A DNA stretch of 64,000 bases from a bacterium. Lineage in GTDB: Bacteria; Bdellovibrionota_C; UBA2361; CALJRW01. The notes beneath the pieces are model-generated. The model worked only from the letters and a program-made list of their open reading frames with translations, had not been told where the DNA came from and searched no databases. The stretch lies in assembly GCA_031385045.1 (NCBI GenBank), contig JANNBC010000007.1, positions 75,941 to 139,940 on the forward strand, read 5' to 3'. Position 1 is the first letter of the stretch. Each line of letters opens with the position of its first letter. Below, in pieces: positions 37,606-48,105 of this stretch. Made by a program: the position numbers and the translations under genes.

Positions 37606-39825
37606 ATGAATCCACTTTACTCCCCAGATCCATTAGGGCAAGCACTACTAGAGGCAAGCAAAGTCTTACTCGATAATTGTGATCTACTTGCCCATAAGGA
37701 ACTAAAACAACATGGCTTTAAGGTAGCTACTGATGCTGATATGCACTGGGCAGACATCCTTTTCTCCACTCCTAAGATCGACTGGGTGCAGGCTGGCAAA
37801 ATAATACTTTTAATTTTTGATCATGTCTCAGAGGCGATTGCTAAAGCTGCCCCTTTGCCTGATGGTCAAGAATTAACAGAACTCTGCGAAGCAAAATTTC
37901 CAGCATATTTTACTCGTATCGGTAAAAATTGCAGTGAATTTATTTATCAATATATGAACACTCCCGTTACACCGGAGCTCACTTTACTTTCGGACTTTGT
38001 TCCTTCAATTATTCCGAATTATATGGCCTCGCATCTAAGTGGTGATTTAGAACAAATCAGACCTGCAGACGTAGAAGCAAACATTAAAATATTACGTCCA
38101 TTCTTTGCCATCCTCAAAAAAATTGCTGAAAACTTACCTGAAAACTTTGAAGAGGTTTTAGACTCAATTAAAACTGAAATCTTAGGCATGAAATCGGTAC
38201 TAATTAATTATGAGCACAGTGATGGACTTTGGATAAAGATGATTTACTTTGGAATGACTGTAAATCTTTACTCTCAAACTTTTAATGACTATCAAGAAAT
38301 TTGTTCGGATCGAAAATCAGCTCCAGCGGTCTATGGGATGTATAAAGCACTGTACCTCAACCAACGGGATAATAATTATTTTGATGCTCGAGAAAGAATC
38401 GACTGTGTTTTAGATTTAAAGCCTAGTGAACAAAAGCGCCTATGGGATATGTTGCAATTAGCAAATGGATCAGCTGTAGAACTTTTTGATTTTCAACTAG
38501 CAAATCCAAAATACCATCCCTTGCTGGAAAGAATAGTTCGACTAAATACTGATCAGTATATTAAACAAGAAGCCTTGAGTGCTTTTGTAGAATATTTCAG
38601 TCAAGATAATTTAGTATTTCAGGATTTAATTTTATCTGTTGCTACAGATAATAAAAAGTTTGTTGCTATCTTAAATCGTGAAATATTAAATTATCTAGAA
38701 GCAATTGAGCCAAGTTTTTGTAAAACACTGCAAGATTTTTTATCAATCTCTAAAGATCCAGAACTATACTTACCTGTGCTGACAGCACTCTTAAACGAAG
38801 ATGCGCCACGTGCTAAAATTATGATTGCAGGAGTATCACTGATTAACACTCCAAACACGAGTACAAATCATCAAAAGCGAGTTCAGTTTGTAACAAATAT
38901 TGCTGCCCTACCAGAGGAGGAACTTCCAACTAAATTAGATGAAACTTATGTTCAACAACTTACCAGCAATAAACCAACGACTCCCAATAACCATAAACAG
39001 GCTGAGGCTACTCTTCCAAAATTTAAACGTCAGCAAACAACTTTTGACAACCAAAGATTACAACAAAGCTATGAAAAATTTCAGATCTTTCGCTCTGGGC
39101 GACTCTTTATAGAGCTGGTAAAAGAATGTGGGGCGGAGTCTGAAGTTATCCAAACAACAACCATGCAATTGCAGGAAAAATTAGATAATAATTTTTATCG
39201 AATATTTTTAAACGATCCCCTATTACGCCGTTTATACTTTAAAACAATCCTACCTAACCAAGAATTCAGACAAGAATTTCAAGAAAGGCTGGAGTTAAGT
39301 AAGATTCAAAACGGTAATCCAAAATTAGAAGCCGAGTTATTCCGAAAATGGATAAATAGTAAATTAGAAGAATTAAAAAATCCACCCACACTTGTCAGTG
39401 AGTTTGAAGATCTAGAAATTCAGCCAGCAAAATTTACGACTCTAACAATTGGTAATTATACTTACCGCACTCCTCCTGCATTTAAAAAGATTGTTATTCT
39501 AGCACCAACAGAAAAAGTAAGGTTGAATCTAACAAAAATATTAGAAGCGATTCCAAGCTTACCGGCAGACTCAATTCAAATTATGAACGCTGAAAATAGA
39601 ATTCCCGTCCTTGGAACCGCTCGGCATCTAAGCTCAGATCGACTAATATTATTAATGACTTCTAACTGCTCACATTCCACCTATCTTTCACTGCTTGCTA
39701 ATATTCCTGAAGGACTACGTAACAACCTCTATAATTTCAATGGAATCAGCAATTTATATTCACTGTTGGGCTTCCTAAATTTTTGGAATGAAGAATTTAA
39801 CAAAATCCAAGCTAATAAAATATAA
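37606..39825 (+). CDS. Large helical hypothetical protein with a possible DUF2325-like C-terminal domain
   Basis: 739-aa ORF; C-terminal KKIVIL...LILLMTSNCSH. Confidence 0.7.
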   Translation: MNPLYSPDPLGQALLEASKVLLDNCDLLAHKELKQHGFKVATDADMHWADILFSTPKIDWVQAGKIILLIFDHVSEAIAKAAPLPDGQELTELCEAKFPAYFTRIGKNCSEFIYQYMNTPVTPELTLLSDFVPSIIPNYMASHLSGDLEQIRPADVEANIKILRPFFAILKKIAENLPENFEEVLDSIKTEILGMKSVLINYEHSDGLWIKMIYFGMTVNLYSQTFNDYQEICSDRKSAPAVYGMYKALYLNQRDNNYFDARERIDCVLDLKPSEQKRLWDMLQLANGSAVELFDFQLANPKYHPLLERIVRLNTDQYIKQEALSAFVEYFSQDNLVFQDLILSVATDNKKFVAILNREILNYLEAIEPSFCKTLQDFLSISKDPELYLPVLTALLNEDAPRAKIMIAGVSLINTPNTSTNHQKRVQFVTNIAALPEEELPTKLDETYVQQLTSNKPTTPNNHKQAEATLPKFKRQQTTFDNQRLQQSYEKFQIFRSGRLFIELVKECGAESEVIQTTTMQLQEKLDNNFYRIFLNDPLLRRLYFKTILPNQEFRQEFQERLELSKIQNGNPKLEAELFRKWINSKLEELKNPPTLVSEFEDLEIQPAKFTTLTIGNYTYRTPPAFKKIVILAPTEKVRLNLTKILEAIPSLPADSIQIMNAENRIPVLGTARHLSSDRLILLMTSNCSHSTYLSLLANIPEGLRNNLYNFNGISNLYSLLGFLNFWNEEFNKIQANKI

Positions 39826-40258
39826 GTCTTGCTCCGAGGCCTGCTTCTAAATTTACTAGTCTTCGATCCATGGCGGATCTTTTTTCTAAGATCAGCGCTC
39901 GACGATTCCTAACTCCATCTAAACTATCAATTAAACTTCTGGTACTTTGATTTGTCGCATCTAAGCTTTTAGTATTTGCAAGAACCTGCAAGCTTAACTG
40001 TTCAAAAACAGCTTGCTGTTCATTTCCTAAAGGCAACTGTAAATATTTTTTAATCAGACTATTAGTTTCTAAATGCTCAACACCTAAAGCATCCCAATAG
40101 CTTAAATATTTACTTTCTAACTCAGCAATTTCTTGATCAAACCTGGTTATTGTTGATTTAACAGTAACAATTCGTTGTTTAGTATCATAGCCGTATGCTA
40201 AGAGAGTAATCCCTACAAATAAAGTCAAAAAGATAATTATAATTTTAAATTGTCGCAT
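39812..40258 (-). CDS. Divergent LemA-like membrane-anchored coiled-coil protein
   Basis: N-terminal TM helix and helical body; coupled to lemA. Confidence 0.55.
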   Translation of the reverse strand: MRQFKIIIIFLTLFVGITLLAYGYDTKQRIVTVKSTITRFDQEIAELESKYLSYWDALGVEHLETNSLIKKYLQLPLGNEQQAVFEQLSLQVLANTKSLDATNQSTRSLIDSLDGVRNRRALILEKRSAMDRRLVNLEAGLGARLIFY

Positions 40259-40809
40259 TATATTTTTACTTCTGGAGTAATATTAATTTCCTCGGGAGCA
40301 TCAAAAAAAGATCTGCTTGCAAAGTTCCCTAACTTTGCTACTAAATTTGAGGGAAAAGTTAAAAGTAAATTCTGATAAAAACTAACAGTTTGATTATAAC
40401 TATGTCGACGTTCAGCAATTAAGTTTTCTGTGTTACTAAGTTCTACTTGCAGAGTTAAAAACTGCTCACTAGCCTTTAACTCTGGATAGCTTTCCATAAT
40501 CGCCATTAATTTCACTACAGAGGTATTAATCTCTGGTAATAGTTGATTTGTTTTTTTAGCTTCAGACAAATCGAGTTCTCTAGAACGACTCTTGATTGTC
40601 TCAATTAAAGTATCTTTTTCGTGACTTGCATATCCTTTAGTCACGGCTACAAGGTTATCAATTAAATCAAATCGACGTTTTAACTGCACCTCGACGTTTG
40701 ACCAAGCTTGATCAACTCCTGTCATACTAGATATTAAGGAGTTATAGGTAAGATAATACCAATAAATTATTAAAACTCCGATAATTATCACGAGACTTGT
40801 TGCTACCAT
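40258..40809 (-). CDS. lemA: LemA family protein
   Basis: AWSNVEVQLKRRFDLI.NLV, YPELKA, FPSNLVA. Confidence 0.92.
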   Translation of the reverse strand: MVATSLVIIIGVLIIYWYYLTYNSLISSMTGVDQAWSNVEVQLKRRFDLIDNLVAVTKGYASHEKDTLIETIKSRSRELDLSEAKKTNQLLPEINTSVVKLMAIMESYPELKASEQFLTLQVELSNTENLIAERRHSYNQTVSFYQNLLLTFPSNLVAKLGNFASRSFFDAPEEINITPEVKI

Positions 40810-42017
40810 CCTCTGGAAGCGCCTCCACCGCCACTTGAACCACCACCGAAACTGCCACTACTGCTACTATGACTAGAAGAACTTCCACTGGATGTAGATA
40901 TTCTAGGAGTAATTTGTTCTTTGGTAAAAACAAATTTACATGATTGGCAGATAAATTCCTCTAGTGTCTTCCCAGAGTGACTTACCGTTGCTGAGACTAG
41001 CACTGTTGTTTTACTATGTAGTCCAGTAATTGCCTGACACTGGGGACATTTTTGGGCACGTGAAAAGAACGTTTTATATCCAGTGACCTCATTATGTAAG
41101 CATGCTGCACAGTGCCAGACATCATAGTCGACTGATTTAAGTTTTTCCTCGGCGATTTGAGAAGCTGATAACTGTTGATCATCTAACTCTTCTGTCAGCT
41201 TAACCATAGTAGTGGAACAAAACTTACACCTCTTAGGCGCATAACGTAAAAAACGTTTGATATTAAAACCTGTTGCGAAAAGACCCAGAAATAAGGCTTT
41301 CATTTGTGAGCCAAGCTGAAGTTTGCCATTCACTAAACTTGTATAATAGTAAATTCCAATAATGAGTGCGACTAGTAATAAAATAAAGCCAAGAAAAACT
41401 ACTGGGCTATAACTTTTTTTGCTAAAAAATATTCCATAAATTAAAAAACAAATTGCAATCACGGAGAATAGATAAGTTAAGTATTGACTATTCTTCCGCG
41501 GGCTCACCAAATACCAAGGAGTTGAATTTGAAATCCCCTTGGCCATTTCTGAATTGCTTTTCAAGTAATCAACAATTGCTGCTGTTGTTTGAATAATTCC
41601 TTGTGGGTAATTATTAGTTTTAAAATACGGTATCGCATAAGAATCTAATGTCGCCCCACACCAGGAGTCAGTTAACAATTCTTCTAACCCATAACCAACT
41701 TCAATTCTGGCTCGATGTTCTTGTGGCGCAATCACAAACAGTACACCATTATTAAATTCCCGTTTACCAATCCCCCACAGATTAAAAACTTTGTTAGCAT
41801 AGCTTTCGATTGTTTGCTGTTCTAAACTACTGGTTGTTAGCACGGCAACCTCGGCCGTTGTTAAATTTTCTAGTTGCTGGATTAAATTATTTAACTGCGC
41901 CTCTTCGGGCTCACTTAGCAGATTTGCTCGATCATAGACTCCCGGGCCAGTTTGGGCTTCACTCCAGCCTGAAAATAATATTAGTATAAGTAGAAAAAAT
42001 ACTTGTTTCACAGGCAA
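40803..42017 (-). CDS. TPM-domain (YgcG-like) membrane protein with Cys/Zn-ribbon motifs and a Gly/Ser tail
   Basis: WGIG...NNGVL, RIEVGYGLE; four CxxC pairs; FGGGSSGGGGASRGW. Confidence 0.9.
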   Translation of the reverse strand: MPVKQVFFLLILILFSGWSEAQTGPGVYDRANLLSEPEEAQLNNLIQQLENLTTAEVAVLTTSSLEQQTIESYANKVFNLWGIGKREFNNGVLFVIAPQEHRARIEVGYGLEELLTDSWCGATLDSYAIPYFKTNNYPQGIIQTTAAIVDYLKSNSEMAKGISNSTPWYLVSPRKNSQYLTYLFSVIAICFLIYGIFFSKKSYSPVVFLGFILLLVALIIGIYYYTSLVNGKLQLGSQMKALFLGLFATGFNIKRFLRYAPKRCKFCSTTMVKLTEELDDQQLSASQIAEEKLKSVDYDVWHCAACLHNEVTGYKTFFSRAQKCPQCQAITGLHSKTTVLVSATVSHSGKTLEEFICQSCKFVFTKEQITPRISTSSGSSSSHSSSSGSFGGGSSGGGGASRGW

Positions 42018-42194
42018 TCGATTTCTAATTTAGGGTTAATCTCTATTAATCTTATGTAGCCAAAGAGCACTTAGCAAGTTATCCTTTTAAAATCCTTAAA
42101 GAATTTGCCTTTGAGCTCAAAAACTGCCAAAATTATTCAAGTTCTATACGAGCTTAATATTAACCAATTGTAACTAACAACTATCTATATTGCT

Positions 42195-43148
42195 ATGACT
42201 AATAAATGGACTCTTAACCAAGCACAAGAAATTTTCTCCTTGCCATTTAATGACTTATTATTTAAGGCTCAAACAGTACACCGAGAAAATTTTAATCCCA
42301 ATGCCCTGCAAATTAGTACTTTGTTAAGCATTAAAACGGGAAGTTGCCCAGAAAACTGTTCATACTGTCCACAATCTGCTCATTACCAAACAGGCTTAAA
42401 AAAAGAACCTTTAATTTCAACCGAAGAAGTTATTCAGGCTGCCAAACGAGCCAAAGCTGCTGGTAGCACTAGATTCTGTATGGGTGCTGCTTGGCGCGGA
42501 CCAAAAGATCAAGATCTAGAAAAAGTCTGCGACATGGTAAAAGAAGTAAAAAGCCTAGGCCTAGAAACCTGTGTGACTTTAGGTTTATTAAAAGACCATC
42601 AAGCATCGATGTTAAAAGGGGCTGGGCTTGATTTTTACAACCATAACATTGATACCTCTGAAGAGTACTACGATAAGATTATTACCACTAGAACTTTTGC
42701 CGATCGCCTTCAAACCCTAGAAAATGTTCGTAAGGCAGATCTTAAAGTTTGTTGTGGCGGAATTTTAGGAATGGGTGAATCTAATGATGACCGTCTAAAG
42801 ATGCTCTTAGAGCTAGCCAATCTTGCAGAACAACCAGAGTCAGTTCCAATCAATCAATTAATTAAAATTCCTGGAACGCCATTAGCAAATGTTGCTGATG
42901 TTGATCCGTTTGATTTTGTTAGAACAATTGCCTTAGCGCGTATCCTTATGCCCAAAGCCTATGTGCGTTTATCTGCCGGTCGCGAGCAAATGTCTGATGA
43001 GCTACAAGCGCTATGCTTTATGGCTGGAGCTAATTCAATTTTTTACGGTGAGAAACTTTTAACTGCAGACAATCCTGAACCAGAAGAAGATAATCGTCTT
43101 TTTCAAAGATTAGGATTAGAAAGAGAGAAATTACAAACTATTAATTAA
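42195..43148 (+). CDS. bioB: Biotin synthase
   Basis: CPENCSYC radical SAM motif, [26 protein letters not shown]. Confidence 0.97.
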   Translation: MTNKWTLNQAQEIFSLPFNDLLFKAQTVHRENFNPNALQISTLLSIKTGSCPENCSYCPQSAHYQTGLKKEPLISTEEVIQAAKRAKAAGSTRFCMGAAWRGPKDQDLEKVCDMVKEVKSLGLETCVTLGLLKDHQASMLKGAGLDFYNHNIDTSEEYYDKIITTRTFADRLQTLENVRKADLKVCCGGILGMGESNDDRLKMLLELANLAEQPESVPINQLIKIPGTPLANVADVDPFDFVRTIALARILMPKAYVRLSAGREQMSDELQALCFMAGANSIFYGEKLLTADNPEPEEDNRLFQRLGLEREKLQTIN

Positions 43149-43195
43149 ATTCAATCTAATTTACTAAAAGAAATTATTTTTTTAGTTTTTGTAAT

Positions 43196-43236
43196 AAAAA
43201 AGGCGCTGCGAAGTTTATCACTTCTTAGCGCCTTTT
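43196..43236 (-). terminator. Intrinsic (probably bidirectional) terminator
   Basis: AAAAGGCGCT...AGCGCCTTTT stem between convergent bioB and the helicase gene. Confidence 0.7.
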
Positions 43237-43269
43237 GCGTATCTGATTCCAGAATAAGAATGTCGACTA

Positions 43270-44526
43270 CTAATAAGAACGACTTCTTCCACCTCTAGAA
43301 AATCTTCTGCCGCCACCACGTCTAGCTGTCCCTTCTGGTCGCTTTTCAGCACCACGAGACTCTGACTGTCTAGAGAAAGGTAAAGAAAACTCAGAAATAT
43401 CAAATTTAATTGAAGTTAAATTTTCAATTTTTCTAATATCTCTAGTCTGTTGCGGAGAAGCAAAAGAAATTGCTCGCCCTGATTTACCAGCACGACCTGT
43501 TCTACCAATACGGTGAACATAATCTTCAGCAGCTTGTGGTAAATCATAGTTTACAACTAATTCAATATCCGACACGTCAATTCCACGGGCAGCAATGTCT
43601 GTCGCAATCAATACTTGATATTTTCCTTGACGGAAGCCATCAAGTGCTTGACGACGCTGAGACATAGAACGATCTGAGTGAAGCTCTGTAGTATCAAAGC
43701 CCATGTTATAAACCATCTTAGCTAATTTCTTAGTTCCAATTTTAGTTTTTGCGAACACAATTGTTTGGCCGGTAGAACCACCTAATATTTTTTCTAACAT
43801 ATTAGTCTTATCAGACTGGGCAACTACACAAAGCTCTTGTCGAACAAGTTCACCAGTAACCCCTTGCTTAGTAGCTTCAATTTGAACTGGATTTTTAAGA
43901 TGGCGATTTGATAAATCACGAATTTCTTCAGGCATTGTTGCAGAAAACAACATCGTCTGACGATCTTTTGGAGCCAAATTTAAAATTTCTTTTACTTGTG
44001 GAGCAAATCCAATATCAAACATGCGATCAGCTTCATCTAAAACAATAGTTTTACAATTGTTAAGGTTGAAAGTACGACGATTCAAATGATCTTGTAATCT
44101 TCCTGGAGTAGCAATAATAATTCTAGGAGTTTTCTTAAAACGCATTCTTTGACGTTCCATTGGAACACCACCAATCAAAGTAACTGAAGATAACTGAAAT
44201 TTAAGATGATCTGAAATATTGCGAAATGCTTCTTCAACTTGCCAAGCTAATTCTCTAGTTGGCACGATTACTAATGCTTGCTCAGAATTCATGGCAAGTT
44301 TTTGCATAATCGGCAAAGCAAAAGCTAAAGTTTTACCAGTACCTGTTTGGGCAATACCAATTAAGTCCTGGCCAGAAATTGCTACTGGAATTGCTTGCTC
44401 CTGAATAGCTGTTGGTACAGTGAAGTTTTTCTTAATTAATACTTGATTTAGTTCTGGTGAAACCCCTAATGCGATAAACGCAGACGTGGAAATAGGCTGT
44501 GGCACACAGCTCTCTTGCTGATTCAT
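43270..44526 (-). CDS. DEAD-box RNA helicase (RhlE-like)
   Basis: Q motif, AQTGTGKT, PTRELA, DEAD, SAT, HRIGRTGR and an RGG tail. AGGAG precedes ATG 44526. Confidence 0.95.
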   Translation of the reverse strand: MNQQESCVPQPISTSAFIALGVSPELNQVLIKKNFTVPTAIQEQAIPVAISGQDLIGIAQTGTGKTLAFALPIMQKLAMNSEQALVIVPTRELAWQVEEAFRNISDHLKFQLSSVTLIGGVPMERQRMRFKKTPRIIIATPGRLQDHLNRRTFNLNNCKTIVLDEADRMFDIGFAPQVKEILNLAPKDRQTMLFSATMPEEIRDLSNRHLKNPVQIEATKQGVTGELVRQELCVVAQSDKTNMLEKILGGSTGQTIVFAKTKIGTKKLAKMVYNMGFDTTELHSDRSMSQRRQALDGFRQGKYQVLIATDIAARGIDVSDIELVVNYDLPQAAEDYVHRIGRTGRAGKSGRAISFASPQQTRDIRKIENLTSIKFDISEFSLPFSRQSESRGAEKRPEGTARRGGGRRFSRGGRSRSY

Positions 44527-44745
44527 TTTTTCTCCTGAGTAGCTAACCCAAAACAACTAATTCATTATGATTAATGTACTAGCGATGGGATTCAATTCGA
44601 CAAAGCCGGATTGAAAGTAAAAAAACAATACCTAGCTCTCAAAAGACAAATGCAATTGTAAGATAGTGATTTGTTAGTAGGGATACAAAAGTATCCAAGC
44701 GCGAATCATACAGCAGATTCTTGTTTAGTCAACCGAGCAAGTTTT

Positions 44746-45279
44746 TTACTCTTTTATTTGGTAATCAGGTAGGTTTTCTAAGATATAGCTACAAAGCTTT
44801 GCTCTTCTAAGAGAAGGAGATTGAGCTTCTGCTCTGGCAAGTTCACGGATAATCTGCTCACTGCTACCGGTAAGAGTAAATTTTTTAGGCAAAGTTATAA
44901 AAAACCCAGCAATCGGCGTCAGATCTTCCTGCTCCATTCTTAAGTAAGCATCATAGATAATCTGTTTTTTAACACTAACGGCTTCTTTAATTACTAACTC
45001 TAAGACAGAGCTCAGTGTCTGCTCATGAGGGATTAAATCTCGAAGACTTTGTCCTCCATCACGAATATGATTAATTGTGCGTAGATAGTCTAAGTCCTCT
45101 GGACGCTCATCTAGTGTAAGTACAGAATCAAAAATCAATCCTCTCTGATAGTCTTGTTCCCGTTTAAAGCCTGCAATTGCTTCCGGAATCTTAGACCAGT
45201 CCATCTTAACCGCCGAGAAACGGTGCTTGGCCAACTCTGGCAATGGAGCAAACATTGTTGGAATAATAATTGGATACAC
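44746..45279 (-). CDS. Hypothetical protein
   Basis: 177-aa ORF with no recognised motif. Confidence 0.55.
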   Translation of the reverse strand: MYPIIIPTMFAPLPELAKHRFSAVKMDWSKIPEAIAGFKREQDYQRGLIFDSVLTLDERPEDLDYLRTINHIRDGGQSLRDLIPHEQTLSSVLELVIKEAVSVKKQIIYDAYLRMEQEDLTPIAGFFITLPKKFTLTGSSEQIIRELARAEAQSPSLRRAKLCSYILENLPDYQIKE

Positions 45280-45330
45280 GCGAAATCAAAAGGTTAGACC
45301 TCTTAATTATACTCCTAGGCTTGTTCCTAA

Positions 45331-47055
45331 TCAAATAAGCTTGGAAAGCTCTGCCTTTAAGAAATCCATTAGTTCCCCAATATAAGATTCACTAAAATCA
45401 AATTTAATCCCTGCTGCCTGATAAATCTCGGGGATACTATGTAACTGTCCAAGAGATAAAGCTTTTAAATAAGATTCTAATCCTGCTTTTGGATTTAATT
45501 TATAATTTCTCCAGACTGCAATCGCCCCTAATTGCGCCATGCCATATTCAATATAATAAAAAGGTACCTCATAAAGGTGCAATTGCTTTTGCCATAGATA
45601 ATTCATTTGATCCTCAAGTCCACTCCAATCGGTTACCGGATCACTAAACTCAGAAAAAAACTTCCTCCAACTCTCTCGTCTCTCTGCTTCACTATGTTCT
45701 GGATTTTCATAAATCCAATGCTGAAACTTATCAATTAATGCTACCCAAGGCAGTGTTTCAATTAAACTTTCTAAATGCTCCCGCTTGGCACGATTTAAAT
45801 TTTCTGAATTATCAAAAAATACATCCCAATGATCCATGGAAATTAATTCCATCGACATGGAAGCAAGCTCAGCAACTTCAGAAGGAGTCGATTTAAAGTC
45901 CTGTAACTCTAAATCTTTAGTGACAAAACTATGAATAGCATGTCCACCTTCATGCATAAAAGTTACTAAGTCACGAAGAGTGGAAGTCGCATTCATAAAA
46001 ATAAATGGTACCCCAATTTCAGCTAAGGGATAATTATATCCGCCAGGAGCTTTTCCTGGACGTGACTCTAAATCTAAATGACCAATCTCTTTCATCGTTT
46101 CTAAACACTGACCAAGAAAAGGATCAATTCTTTTAAAAACCTCAATCCCTTTTACTGTTAGTTCTTGACCATTGTTAAAAGCATGAAGTGCCTGTCGACC
46201 TTCAAGATCTACCGCTTTATCCCAGGGGCGAAGCTCGTTTATATTTAACTTCTTCTTGCGCTTAACTGCAAAGACTTCTAACAGTGGCACAACACGCTTA
46301 GATATTGCCTGATGAAAATCATAACAATCTTTTGGCGTATAATCGAAACGAGCTAAAGCTTTAAATTTATAATCACGAAAGTTTTTAAACCCAGCATTAA
46401 GGGCAATCTGATTGCGAATCCCAATTAATTTAGTAAAAAGTGAATCTAAAGCTTCCCGATCTGCTAAGCGTCTTTTAGATATTTTGAAATAAACAGCTTC
46501 GCGCTTCTCACGATCTGTATCCATCAACATCACACTAGCTTGAGGCAAGGTAATTGTTTTACCATCAATCTCCACAACCATCGCCCCAATCATTTGTCCA
46601 TATTTTTGGGATTCAGTACTAACTTCAGTAAATAAGGGAATATTGTTTTCTCTGAAAATTTCTATTTCATTCTTAATATTACGAATCAGAATGTCATAAC
46701 CAGTTTCAGTCGATAGAGTATCTAAGAACTCTGATTCTATTGCCTTTTTATTAAGTGTATCAGCGTAAGGAGCTATCTCTGGTTGAATATTTTCCACGAA
46801 AAATTGATAGCTATCACGAAAGTTTAGATCTTCGGTGTAACAAGTCATTTTAATATAACGCCAAGCAAAATCTTCTGAAATTACTGACTCTAATTCACTT
46901 CGATCTTGAAACCACTTTCTTAAATTTTGTGCGGAAGTAATTTCTCTTGCCACTAATAGATCCAAGAATGGCTTCAATGCTTCCCAAGTTGTAATTGTAA
47001 AATCGGAAGGTAGATATTGACGAATGGGCTTTGAAACTTGATTTGATACTGACAT
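45331..47055 (-). CDS. pepF: M3-family oligoendopeptidase F
   Basis: HEGGH zincin motif, SRPGKAPGGY, AELAS, PFYYIEY. Confidence 0.9.
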   Translation of the reverse strand: MSVSNQVSKPIRQYLPSDFTITTWEALKPFLDLLVAREITSAQNLRKWFQDRSELESVISEDFAWRYIKMTCYTEDLNFRDSYQFFVENIQPEIAPYADTLNKKAIESEFLDTLSTETGYDILIRNIKNEIEIFRENNIPLFTEVSTESQKYGQMIGAMVVEIDGKTITLPQASVMLMDTDREKREAVYFKISKRRLADREALDSLFTKLIGIRNQIALNAGFKNFRDYKFKALARFDYTPKDCYDFHQAISKRVVPLLEVFAVKRKKKLNINELRPWDKAVDLEGRQALHAFNNGQELTVKGIEVFKRIDPFLGQCLETMKEIGHLDLESRPGKAPGGYNYPLAEIGVPFIFMNATSTLRDLVTFMHEGGHAIHSFVTKDLELQDFKSTPSEVAELASMSMELISMDHWDVFFDNSENLNRAKREHLESLIETLPWVALIDKFQHWIYENPEHSEAERRESWRKFFSEFSDPVTDWSGLEDQMNYLWQKQLHLYEVPFYYIEYGMAQLGAIAVWRNYKLNPKAGLESYLKALSLGQLHSIPEIYQAAGIKFDFSESYIGELMDFLKAELSKLI

Positions 47056-47142
47056 AAAATTACTCTTAATTAGAACGTGATTAGAGTAACTTATTTCGAT
47101 TATTTGCAAAAGTATCGAGATTGAAAGAGTTAAGCTATGTGC

Positions 47143-48078
47143 TTACATAATTTCAGTCTTTCTGCTTCTCCAACCATAATCATCAACTGGCTCAACATGA
47201 ATCAATACTTTTGTAATCTGAGGTAAGCTTAACTGAATAGCATCAACAACATTATGAGCAATGTCATGTCCCTCACGAATAGAAACTGCCGGATCACAAA
47301 GAATATCTAGATCAACAAAATAATCAAACCCAACTTTACGCACATAGCCTTGATCTGTCCCTAAGACTTGATCTACGGACTCCGCAATTTGCCGAACTTG
47401 AATTAATATTTGTGGGTCTGGAGCAGTATCAATTAGTTCAAAAAGTGCTGGTTTTAATACAATAATAGCATTAATTGTGATAATTACTGCTGCGATCAAA
47501 GCGGCGAAATCATCGGCACTTTCGTAGCCTTTTCCACCAATAATCGCAATTGAAATTCCAACAAAGGCCGCCGCTGATGTAATGGCATCACTACGATGAT
47601 GCCAAGCATCTGACTTAACAACTAAGCTTTCAATTTCATTTCCAACTTTTAAAACATACCTAAACAAGGATTCTTTAATAACAATTACTCCGACCAAGAC
47701 TAGCAGAGTAAAAGAAGCTGGTGAGTTGTGCGGAGTCATGATCTCATGAATACTTTCAACCGAAATAACAATTGCTGCGGCAATTAAACTTAAAGCCACA
47801 AGCACAGAGGCTAGTGGTTCAATCTTTCCGTGTCCATATGGATGATTCCGATCAGCAGGCTTAACAGCCATCACTAAACCAAGCAGTACGATCAAAGAAC
47901 TAAATACATCAGCCAGTGATTCAATCGCATCAGCAATCAAGGCATAAGAATTTCCAAAAATTCCCACCAAGGCCTTAACTAAAGCTAGACAAGCATTAAT
48001 TGCTACTCCAATTAAAGTACTTTTAATTCCAGCTTGAGTGGCTAGCTGGGCATTTGTTCTGGTAATTCCCTTACTCAT
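47143..48078 (-). CDS. Cation diffusion facilitator transporter (FieF-like)
   Basis: ALIADAIES.AD, HPYGHGKIE, DAWHHRSD, HVEP. Confidence 0.92.
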   Translation of the reverse strand: MSKGITRTNAQLATQAGIKSTLIGVAINACLALVKALVGIFGNSYALIADAIESLADVFSSLIVLLGLVMAVKPADRNHPYGHGKIEPLASVLVALSLIAAAIVISVESIHEIMTPHNSPASFTLLVLVGVIVIKESLFRYVLKVGNEIESLVVKSDAWHHRSDAITSAAAFVGISIAIIGGKGYESADDFAALIAAVIITINAIIVLKPALFELIDTAPDPQILIQVRQIAESVDQVLGTDQGYVRKVGFDYFVDLDILCDPAVSIREGHDIAHNVVDAIQLSLPQITKVLIHVEPVDDYGWRSRKTEIM

Positions 48079-48105
48079 ATTTAGATTTAAAAGTAAGGTT
48101 AATCT

